IMG/VR virus record: IMGVR_UViG_3300025154_000091
Direction: 5' to 3' (one strand)
DNA: 64,000 nt
DNA from: an uncultured virus (IMG/VR IMGVR_UViG_3300025154_000091)
Taxonomy: Duplodnaviria > Heunggongvirae > Uroviricota > Caudoviricetes
Part shown: piece after piece, positions 56,823-64,000 of the stretch
Layout: the number at the start of each line of letters is the position of its first letter
How positions within the stretch are numbered: the first letter of the stretch is position 1
Notes under the pieces: model-generated
The model's database searches: none
Told to the model about the DNA's origin: nothing
The model's input: only the letters and a program-made list of their open reading frames with translations
Program-made: the position numbers and the translations under genes

Positions 56823-57000
56823 AATCGTCTTCCCTTTCAGGTGGTGTATAGATAGTTCTCCAACAGTTCCTACTCTTATACATACCACACTCCCTAGAGA
56901 AGTCATCCCAATCAAAGATGTGGGCTCTCCTAGAGAGGTGGCATTTATGACGTGAGCAGGTTCTTATGAGGCAATCAAATGCGGTACAATATACTCTCAC
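56797..57000 (-). CDS. Hypothetical Cys-rich protein
   Basis: Coupled ORF. Confidence 0.5.
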   Translation of the reverse strand: MRVYCTAFDCLIRTCSRHKCHLSRRAHIFDWDDFSRECGMYKSRNCWRTIYTPPEREDDYEDEDEAL

Positions 57001-57416
57001 CTACCAGTACTGCCCATACCTCCAGCACCCCTTATAGTTTCTGATAGGGTAGTCACCACCTCTAAATCTCCAGCATAGTGAGGAACAAATGTGATCTGTG
57101 CGAACCTATCACCCTTCTTAAGATGAGCTCCATCGGTCCCATGATTGAACATCTTCACCTTAACCTCCCCCGTATAGTCGCTATCCACAACTCCGAGAGA
57201 TGCTACACACTCAAGCCTAAAGGCCATAGAGGAGCGGTGGGTAAGAAGCCCTAACCACCCCTTGTCTATCTCAAATGCAACGCCTGTACCTATAACCTCG
57301 CTCATTCCTGGAAGGATTAGGATATCCTCGGTGCTATAAAGATCGTAAGCACCAGCCCACATAGAACCTTTAGTAGGAACGATAGAGTCTTTCTGCAACT
57401 TCATTACCTTAACCAT
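56997..57416 (-). CDS. dut: Trimeric dUTPase
   Basis: AGAYDL, RSS, GVVDSDYTGE, RFAQ, RGAGGMGSTG. Confidence 0.95.
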   Translation of the reverse strand: MVKVMKLQKDSIVPTKGSMWAGAYDLYSTEDILILPGMSEVIGTGVAFEIDKGWLGLLTHRSSMAFRLECVASLGVVDSDYTGEVKVKMFNHGTDGAHLKKGDRFAQITFVPHYAGDLEVVTTLSETIRGAGGMGSTGR

Positions 57417-57511
57417 TCAATACTCCTGCTAATACCCAACCTAAGCACCAAGCTAATGCAGCAGCTACAGCAAGTGCGATAAAGTAATACACCTTACTAT
57501 CAAGTAGTTTC

Positions 57512-57733
57512 TTAAACATGATATTCCTCCAAGTAAAGACTTCCTAAGAAATCAGTCTTGAATACATTATGCACTGAGCACCTAGGACAGGTAGCTACAG
57601 CACCATGAGTGGTAAGAGCTACGATACTATCCATCCTACCACCACATTCGTATTCTCCATGACCATAGTCTGATAACATTGTCAACTCATGGTGCCACAC
57701 TACACACTTACCGGACACTGTAGAGAAACTCAT
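57512..57733 (-). CDS. Hypothetical protein
   Basis: ORF track. Confidence 0.45.
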   Translation of the reverse strand: MSFSTVSGKCVVWHHELTMLSDYGHGEYECGGRMDSIVALTTHGAVATCPRCSVHNVFKTDFLGSLYLEEYHV

Positions 57734-58238
57734 AATATTTTAACCCCTTCATAGCTTCACAAAATGTACTCCACTCTGGAAGTTTGTGATTACTCCTCTG
57801 ATTAATAATATTCTTCAAGGTCTTATAGTTAGTACATACTATTCGCTCCTGAATGAATCCACATGGAAGCATTTTCTTTATGAAAGATGTCGGTGCATTA
57901 CCATCAATACAACTATTAAGATAGTTGAGATATGAACTGGGTATACCCTCCTCGAAATCTTCCTGAAGCAGTGGTCGCTTCTTTATAGTGTGCATCGTTG
58001 ACTCACTCTGCTTCGTGACCCCTACCCTGTATGTGTCAAATTGTATATGGAAATCTAAAGGTGCTGTTACACTCATCCACACTACCATACTTTCGAGAAA
58101 CTTATCGTGGCCGCCACCTCCGAGCTTAGCTAACTTAAGAGCCACCCCATACATATTATCAGGGTTCGCATTATAAGACAATGCAAGTCCCCTCATAGCA
58201 CAATCAAACCCTGCCTCATCAAGTATCTTAATCTTCAT
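57708..58238 (-). CDS. ThyX-like flavin-dependent thymidylate synthase homolog
   Basis: GHDKFLES, QFDTYR, SESTMH, NYKTL..QR..HKLPEW. Confidence 0.75.
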   Translation of the reverse strand: MKIKILDEAGFDCAMRGLALSYNANPDNMYGVALKLAKLGGGGHDKFLESMVVWMSVTAPLDFHIQFDTYRVGVTKQSESTMHTIKKRPLLQEDFEEGIPSSYLNYLNSCIDGNAPTSFIKKMLPCGFIQERIVCTNYKTLKNIINQRSNHKLPEWSTFCEAMKGLKYYEFLYSVR

Positions 58239-58616
58239 TTATCCTCACAGAATATGACAGTTGTACCACTGGAGGAACTCATCCCTATCAGTAGCTTCTT
58301 CTATCAGCATGGTTGAACTCTTCCGCAACTCATTCTTACTAAAGATATCGTAGGAGTTACCAGAGTTAGTAAGTACATACATCTCATCCCTCTTAGTGAC
58401 ATCACGAATAGTATGACATAAGGTGCCGTTGTACGCCCTACTCGCCACCTCTATACCTCTTCGTGATGCTGAAGCCTGATACAACCTCGAGTGACCTAAT
58501 CTTTTCAGTCTCTGGAAACGTGAGTAGGAAGTCATTCAGTTCCTCTTTGTTGGGGAACTCCTGTACAAAAGTATCACCAGTGCTCATATCAATGATGAGC
58601 CAGAATTTAGGATTCA

Positions 58617-58814
58617 TTAAAGCTTACACCTATCATCTATTTTATACTCATCACGAATCCTAAAGTTTTTATCAAACCCCTTATTCCCCGGGTGTGTGCA
58701 CCACCAAATGGTTGGGTAAGGCTCTGAAGTAAACGCACAATCGTGCTCTATTGAGCTGTTTGTTACATAGTGACAATCTCTACACCTACTAATATTTAAA
58801 GTAATAATCTTCAT
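58617..58814 (-). CDS. Hypothetical Cys-rich protein
   Basis: Coupled ORF. Confidence 0.5.
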   Translation of the reverse strand: MKIITLNISRCRDCHYVTNSSIEHDCAFTSEPYPTIWWCTHPGNKGFDKNFRIRDEYKIDDRCKL

Positions 58815-59500
58815 TATTTACCCATAGGAATCATGATAGGTCTACCCTCAACGATGGCAGCACAACCCCTGATAGGCCTACCAAGCTGAGTCTTATTGTA
58901 CCTATAGGGACTACCCTTATCCGAGATAAGACACCCTGCATCGAGACCCCACAGCAGCTTCTCTCCATTATCAAATGCAGTAGCACCAAACTTGGTGTGC
59001 GAGTGACCTAAGACTACAGACCTGTTAAGAATCTTAGCAGCCGAGATAGCACCTCCATTCAGTGTATGAGCAAACAACCAATTACTTCTATCAGAATCTA
59101 CTGTCAACCTTAACTCCTTCTTTAACCTCCACCCTTCAGGTGCCCCTACCACCTCCATGTAAGGGATCATGAACTCTCTAGGAACTCCTGCAACCCTAGA
59201 AGCTTTATAAGCTCTATCATCATGATTAGATGATAAGATCTCTAGGGATGGAAAGATCTTTGCTAGGTCCTGCACAAACTTCCTACCCTTTTTAAGTTCA
59301 TCAGACCAAGTATCCTTATGCTCAATACTCTTGGGGAAGGAACTGACGGAGTAGATGTCAAGAAGGTCGCCTAGATGGATAACCCTATCAGGCTTGTAGT
59401 AAGCCGCTGCATCTCTTACGAAATCTAAAGTATCTTTATGGTGATAGGGGCTGTGGGTGTCTCCGACAATGAGGAGTGAGTTGTTACTATAGCGTTTCAT
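58814..59500 (-). CDS. Calcineurin-like metallophosphoesterase
   Basis: GDTH, GDLLD, NHD, GHSH. Confidence 0.9.
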   Translation of the reverse strand: MKRYSNNSLLIVGDTHSPYHHKDTLDFVRDAAAYYKPDRVIHLGDLLDIYSVSSFPKSIEHKDTWSDELKKGRKFVQDLAKIFPSLEILSSNHDDRAYKASRVAGVPREFMIPYMEVVGAPEGWRLKKELRLTVDSDRSNWLFAHTLNGGAISAAKILNRSVVLGHSHTKFGATAFDNGEKLLWGLDAGCLISDKGSPYRYNKTQLGRPIRGCAAIVEGRPIMIPMGK

Positions 59501-59999
59501 AGATCTCCTGTTTGTATTTTCTTAAATCCTCAATAGTCCAGACACCATCTCTCAGTACATCAGGGAATGTATCAGGTGTAAAGTAGATGATCTTATTCTT
59601 ATAGCACCATTCAGCCAGCGATAAATAAGTACCATCCTTACGCATCTTACATCCAGCATAAGCCTTCTTATTAGGATCACTGAAGAGGAACACAAGCTCC
59701 TTCTCAGGGTTGTCTCTAATAATAGAGAGATACTTCTGGCAATCAGCACTACCCTTCTGAAAGTAACCTTTAACCTCGATCAGGATATTAGGGTGCTGTG
59801 GGTGTACGAAGTCTGGGTTATAGATATGAGGTACTGTATAGCTCACCTTTGATTCTTTAGGTTCATAGAGGTAATTGCAGAGACACTCTCTAGCAACCTT
59901 TACCTCTAATGTGGATTTGTAAGGAGTGCCCTTAGCCTTGCGGATCTCAAGATCTTCCTTACTGCAGTAGGTTCTCTTTTTTCTATAGGTTCTCGACAA
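59487..59999 (-). CDS. T7 endonuclease I-like resolvase
   Basis: YKSTLE, YNPDF, IEVKG; start refined. Confidence 0.85.
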   Translation of the reverse strand: MSRTYRKKRTYCSKEDLEIRKAKGTPYKSTLEVKVARECLCNYLYEPKESKVSYTVPHIYNPDFVHPQHPNILIEVKGYFQKGSADCQKYLSIIRDNPEKELVFLFSDPNKKAYAGCKMRKDGTYLSLAEWCYKNKIIYFTPDTFPDVLRDGVWTIEDLRKYKQEIYETL

Positions 60000-60798
60000 G
60001 CAATATCTCCTTGTAGTATGGCTCTCTCTTCTGCATGATCCACAATAGATCACAATTCTCTTTCATGAACTGCTCCCAATAACTACCAAACCTACACTGA
60101 TACTCTTTAGCTGCTAGATCAAACATCTCCTGTGCAGTCTTACAGTTATTAATATTATCTAATACCTTAGCCTTAGCACCCAGACCATAGATGCCTGGGA
60201 TATTATCAGTAGGGTCACCGGTTATAACTTGTCTATAGAAAGCTGCATCAGCTTCTTGTTCTGACACCTCATACAACCTCTCTTCGGCCCAGTTAAAATG
60301 GCTACCGGGAATACAATTAAGATCTTTATCTAATGTGGCTATGATATCTACACCGGGAGTATGAGCAATCCCTATAGCATCATCAGCCTCCATACCTACT
60401 GATACATCAGCGTCATAGTTATCTACAAGGAACTGACGGATACCATCCAAATGTACAGGCTTCTGAATAGATACTCGGTTACCTTTATAGGGCTGAATGG
60501 TTGCAACTTGGTATCTGAAGTTACTCTTACCAGTTAGATACACCTTGTAGTCTATACCAACCTTCTCTATGATCCCCTCGATATAGGACATGGTAGACTT
60601 GACTACCTTATCCCACGGCTCAGGTTCATAGAAGATCTCTATGGCTGAGTCATCTACACCATCAGCCTTTAGGATCTTGTTGAGTTGTGTCTTACTATCA
60701 AAGACTGTACCCTTGTAGCGATACTTCTTCCCATCACAGGCTGAGGATACTGCATAGCAGCAGATATCCCCATCTATGTGAGCTATAGCATCTTTCAT
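59983..60798 (-). CDS. 5'-3' exonuclease (T7 gp6-like)
   Basis: IDGD, YKGNR, EADD, DKD, GDPTDNIPG..G.G.KA. Confidence 0.92.
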   Translation of the reverse strand: MKDAIAHIDGDICCYAVSSACDGKKYRYKGTVFDSKTQLNKILKADGVDDSAIEIFYEPEPWDKVVKSTMSYIEGIIEKVGIDYKVYLTGKSNFRYQVATIQPYKGNRVSIQKPVHLDGIRQFLVDNYDADVSVGMEADDAIGIAHTPGVDIIATLDKDLNCIPGSHFNWAEERLYEVSEQEADAAFYRQVITGDPTDNIPGIYGLGAKAKVLDNINNCKTAQEMFDLAAKEYQCRFGSYWEQFMKENCDLLWIMQKREPYYKEILLVENL

Positions 60799-60961
60799 TT
60801 CTTATTCACAATAGATATAAACAGCAAAGCTGGGGCAGCAAGACCTATTATAAGAACTACAGGAATATCAATCAGCCCCGACTTCTGCTCATTCTCTTTT
60901 AAAACATCTAGGGTAAGAGCAACACCAAACACCCACCACAATAGAAGTGCCAATTGAAAGA

Positions 60962-61225
60962 TCATGGTTTCCTTATCTCTTCCCAATGCATCTGGCATCG
61001 ATGTGCATCGTATACATTGTTGTATCTATACCTACCATCAGGAGATACCCACCATATACCATCCTTCTTCCAGCCTCTGTCAGTTATTAGATTCCATGAC
61101 CTGACATATGAAGATTCATATTCACCTATATCTTCTTTAGGAATATTAACCACCTCCCCTGAGTCATCGTATTTAACCCACCAGTCAAACGTTGATGTGC
61201 CTTCTCTAATCTTCTGCTCAGTCAT
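60962..61225 (-). CDS. Hypothetical protein
   Basis: Coupled ORF. Confidence 0.55.
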   Translation of the reverse strand: MTEQKIREGTSTFDWWVKYDDSGEVVNIPKEDIGEYESSYVRSWNLITDRGWKKDGIWWVSPDGRYRYNNVYDAHRCQMHWEEIRKP

Positions 61226-61371
61226 CTAGCTCCTCTGTATCATCATCTTGGAATATAGCCACAGCTTCATCATAGCCCTCCCAACTATCTACACCACAAA
61301 TAAGTAGGCAAGACAAGAAATTCTCATGAGCGACGAGCCCGTCGTATTCGTCTTTTGATATTGTAACAGTA

Positions 61372-61866
61372 TCAGAACTCTTCGTTGTCTTCATCATTGC
61401 TGCCAGTACCTTCAGTCTCATCATTGAACTCATCAGTTCCATCAACAACATCGAACTCATCAGAGTCCTGATCTCCACCACCTGCATAGGCTACAAGGTC
61501 TACGATCTGAATGGCCTGAAGGTCAGCACTCAAACCCTTCTTACCTTTATACTCCCAAGCAAACGGAGCGAACTGTACATTAACAATACTACCATTCCCG
61601 ATAATACCATTGAAGGTATTCTTACCAGCATCTACTACTCGGGGTGGTGGGTTCTCACCTACTACAGCACCTGCTTTCTTCTTATCTACATTCCGTTTGA
61701 ACTTGTACTCATACACATCATCATCGTTCCGCTTCACCTTCAGCCCTGCAGCCTTTAGCTTCTTAGCTTCATCATCTGACAGCAGAAGAGTAACCCTCCA
61801 ACAAGGATCAAACTTAGTATCTGCTTGCTTGGTATAGGCCCACATTGCAATTCCAGTAGTCTTCAT
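61372..61866 (-). CDS. Single-stranded DNA-binding protein (gp2.5-like)
   Basis: IGNGS.V.V, LQAIQI, acidic tail ending in F. Confidence 0.85.
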   Translation of the reverse strand: MKTTGIAMWAYTKQADTKFDPCWRVTLLLSDDEAKKLKAAGLKVKRNDDDVYEYKFKRNVDKKKAGAVVGENPPPRVVDAGKNTFNGIIGNGSIVNVQFAPFAWEYKGKKGLSADLQAIQIVDLVAYAGGGDQDSDEFDVVDGTDEFNDETEGTGSNDEDNEEF

Positions 61867-62393
61867 ATTGTAACTCCCATCTTTAATTGAATTTCTTTGA
61901 TGATACGCTTCTTCATATAACCAGCTTTCCTAATAGTAACCTTAGCAGCCTTGGCCACCTCAGCCTTAGGATCACTATGGATAATCAAACCATAGTATAT
62001 AATTCTATCCAGTTTATCTTTAGGTGCTAGACCCTCTATGATACCATCGTAATCATCATTCTCCTCATAGTTATGTTCTGTTCTTGGTTCGTCATCAGTA
62101 TCTACAAGACTATCTATAGGTACCTCGATCTCTTCTCTGCGCTGCAGCTTCTTGATGTGAGCTATCATCTCATAGCGGATACTATTAGATGCATAAGTAT
62201 TAAACTGAAAGCCCCTAGCAGGATCGTACTTCAATGAAGACTTCCTCAAGGCTATCATACCTATCCCCATCAGATCTTCTCGGTGCCCTTGCCACCTCCT
62301 GTTGCGCTCTCTAGATAGGAACTCATCTACTACGACCTCAACCATTCCGAAGAAGTCTTCACACAATTGCTTACGCTCAGTATCAGTTAAGAT
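61863..62393 (-). CDS. Sigma-70-like phage transcription factor (probable ATC start)
   Basis: Region 2: EDLMGIGMIAL..YDPARGFQFNTYA..IR; C-terminal HTH. Confidence 0.8.
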   Translation of the reverse strand: MLTDTERKQLCEDFFGMVEVVVDEFLSRERNRRWQGHREDLMGIGMIALRKSSLKYDPARGFQFNTYASNSIRYEMIAHIKKLQRREEIEVPIDSLVDTDDEPRTEHNYEENDDYDGIIEGLAPKDKLDRIIYYGLIIHSDPKAEVAKAAKVTIRKAGYMKKRIIKEIQLKMGVTI

Positions 62394-62536
62394 ATTGTTC
62401 TCCTTATTTTTAGCATTGTATACCTCTTATGATTCTTCTTAACAAAGATCTGTAGATGGTTGTCTAGACGTTGATGACAGAATTTCATATTGTGCCTGTT
62501 CTCTCCACCTATGTATAAGATGTAACAGAATCTCAT
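62387..62536 (-). CDS. LK[VI]RR-tail mini-protein, 49 aa (ortholog of 86-232)
   Basis: MRFCYILYIGG...YTMLKIRRTIS*. Confidence 0.75.
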   Translation of the reverse strand: MRFCYILYIGGENRHNMKFCHQRLDNHLQIFVKKNHKRYTMLKIRRTIS

Positions 62537-62682
62537 ATCACCCTCTTAATCTTTAGTATCTTATAAGTACTAGGTCTCCCTAATACATAATCTACAAGAC
62601 GACCACCATCTAGACTATCTACAAGGATGACTCTGTTATCCCTACCCTCATTACTTAGGTAGATAATAAAATACTTTCTCAT
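62533..62682 (-). CDS. LK[VI]RR-tail mini-protein, 49 aa, absent from copy 1
   Basis: MRKYFIIY...DNRVIL...KILKIKRVI*. Confidence 0.75.
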   Translation of the reverse strand: MRKYFIIYLSNEGRDNRVILVDSLDGGRLVDYVLGRPSTYKILKIKRVI

Positions 62683-62717
62683 ATCATTAAGACTCTATTT
62701 ATTATATAGTAACTCAT
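62679..62717 (-). CDS. 12-codon coupling mini-ORF (copy 2)
   Basis: MSYYIINRVLMI*. Confidence 0.45.
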   Translation of the reverse strand: MSYYIINRVLMI

Positions 62718-62878
62718 CACTCGATTGTCCTCCGAATCTTTAAGGTAGTATAGAACATTCTTCCAGACTTTGAGTCTAGGTAAGGGCCTGTAGTCCTATC
62801 ATCTGGGAGAATATATAGAGGAACCACTGACCTACCTGTTCGTTCAACACCCTCTAACATGATTAAGAATCGTCTCAT
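62717..62878 (-). CDS. LK[VI]RR-tail mini-protein, 53 aa (ortholog of 267-428)
   Basis: MRRFLIMLE...YTTLKIRRTIE*. Confidence 0.75.
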   Translation of the reverse strand: MRRFLIMLEGVERTGRSVVPLYILPDDRTTGPYLDSKSGRMFYTTLKIRRTIE

Positions 62879-63360
62879 CAATGCACCTCTGCCCAATTTT
62901 TTCCAGAAAGTATTCCAGCTATCGCTCCTGATGGGTATCCGAAAAAGACTAAACACTTTCTCCTATACCCTATTGATATTAAAAGTTTTATATCCCTTAC
63001 CTCATCTTCTGTCAGTAAAGCTCTAGAGTTTCTAACACCCTTAGCAGATCTATTACCTAAGCTATAAGAGTGTTTTATATTCTCACTATGAGATACCCAC
63101 CTAAGATTATCTACACTATTGTTCAATCGAACACCATCAATATGATCTACATCTGAGAAATGATATGGGTTTGGGAGATAAACCTCTGCCACTAATCTGT
63201 GTACAGCCTTACACACCCTACCCCTATCGGTGTTTATATTTACAGTAAGATAACCTCTCCCATTATCGGAAGATTTTATTAACTTACCAAACTTATTAAA
63301 CACCTCTCCATCTTTTGTTACATGATACGAGTAATAGTTTGAGATCATAGCACACCACAC
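62878..63360 (-). CDS. HNH homing endonuclease ending in the captured polymerase C-terminus
   Basis: VHRLVAE, VDHIDGVRLNNSVDNLRW; ends WAEVH*. Confidence 0.9.
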   Translation of the reverse strand: MWCAMISNYYSYHVTKDGEVFNKFGKLIKSSDNGRGYLTVNINTDRGRVCKAVHRLVAEVYLPNPYHFSDVDHIDGVRLNNSVDNLRWVSHSENIKHSYSLGNRSAKGVRNSRALLTEDEVRDIKLLISIGYRRKCLVFFGYPSGAIAGILSGKNWAEVH

Positions 63361-63399
63361 TTGAGTTTAGATTATAATACATTAGAGTATCCTTACGAA

Positions 63400-63415
63400 C
63401 TATAATCTATATAGT
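63400..63415 (-). promoter_or_regulatory. ACTATATAG-N3-ATAG motif upstream of the HNH gene
   Basis: ACTATATAGATTATAG, same as 5432-5447. Confidence 0.65.
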
Positions 63416-63422
63416 GTGATGA

Positions 63423-64000
63423 TTAGTGAACGTCGGCCCAGGTCATCCCTATTTTCACATCAGCATCTATAGGTACTATAAGATTGAGCTGACCTTGGAC
63501 CATGTTAGCACCAAGCTTTATAATCTTTGAAGCTTCTTCAGCATGCTCAGGTAAGCACCTATAAGCGGCCTCATCGTGGTATTCCAGCATCTGCCTACAA
63601 TAAATACCAGTACCCTCAAGCATTTTATTAGTATTTATTAACCACATCTTAAAGATTAGAGCTGCTGTAGATTGTATAGCTGTATTAAGAAGCTTATACT
63701 CTTGTCTAACTTGAATCTTCCTACCATCAAGCCCGACTATATACTTATTCTTCTTGAAGAACTTGGACAAGTAGTCGACAACCATCTTTACTCCTAGATT
63801 GCCAGACCAAAATGAGTCTATATATTCTTCAGCTTTCTCTTCTGAACAACCAAGAATCCTTGAGAGCTTAGGAGCTCTGGCTCCGTAGAATATTGCATAC
63901 TGAAAACTCTTCGCAACATCCCTAGTATTCTGTATAAGATCGGCATTATATTGGTGAAGATCAGGGACCGAATTGATAACATTCCAGTAGGCACCACCAT
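63423..64000 (-). CDS. Second, divergent DNA polymerase A copy (3' part; open to the window edge)
   Basis: Frame stays open beyond the track ORF; last 120 aa differ at 18 positions from copy 1. Confidence 0.92.
   Translation of the reverse strand, partial: GGAYWNVINSVPDLHQYNADLIQNTRDVAKSFQYAIFYGARAPKLSRILGCSEEKAEEYIDSFWSGNLGVKMVVDYLSKFFKKNKYIVGLDGRKIQVRQEYKLLNTAIQSTAALIFKMWLINTNKMLEGTGIYCRQMLEYHDEAAYRCLPEHAEEASKIIKLGANMVQGQLNLIVPIDADVKIGMTWADVH

Noticed and set aside
1..64000. Stop-codon reassignment, or a temperate (integrase/repressor) module
   Set aside because: Core genes are intact in the standard code, the tRNA anticodons are sense, and no integrase or repressor is recognisable.

Overview
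The window holds essentially one whole podovirus-like dsDNA phage genome (unit length about 62.3 kb) plus about 1.7 kb of a second, divergent copy of the polymerase region. Bases 1-106 recur exactly at 62302-62407, after which the two copies diverge. The minus strand (1-17.1 kb and 52.3-64 kb) carries early and replication genes. These include a split family-A DNA polymerase, a primase-helicase interrupted by a group I intron, an ATP-grasp/amidoligase/glutamine-amidotransferase cluster, a sigma-like factor, SSB, nucleases, ligase, dUTPase, a ThyX-like protein and a class II RNR. The plus strand (18.2-52.2 kb) carries terminase, portal, capsid, tail and ejection proteins, a 2337-aa polyvalent protein, a cluster of signal-peptide proteins and lipoproteins, and lysis genes. 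There are two tRNAs and seven homing-endonuclease-like genes. The most unusual signals are: (1) about 23 translationally coupled 42-85 aa mini-genes, mostly below the ORF-track cutoff, that sit in arrays between core genes, are hypervariable in the middle, share a C-terminal L-K-[VI]-[RK]-R tail overlapping the next gene's Shine-Dalgarno, and are gained or lost as precise cassettes; (2) free-standing endonucleases that insert at gene termini, supply a recoded replacement terminus and leave the old one as a remnant; (3) a recurrent ACTATATAG-N3-ATAG promoter-like motif. Product names come from motif recognition only; no database searches were run.
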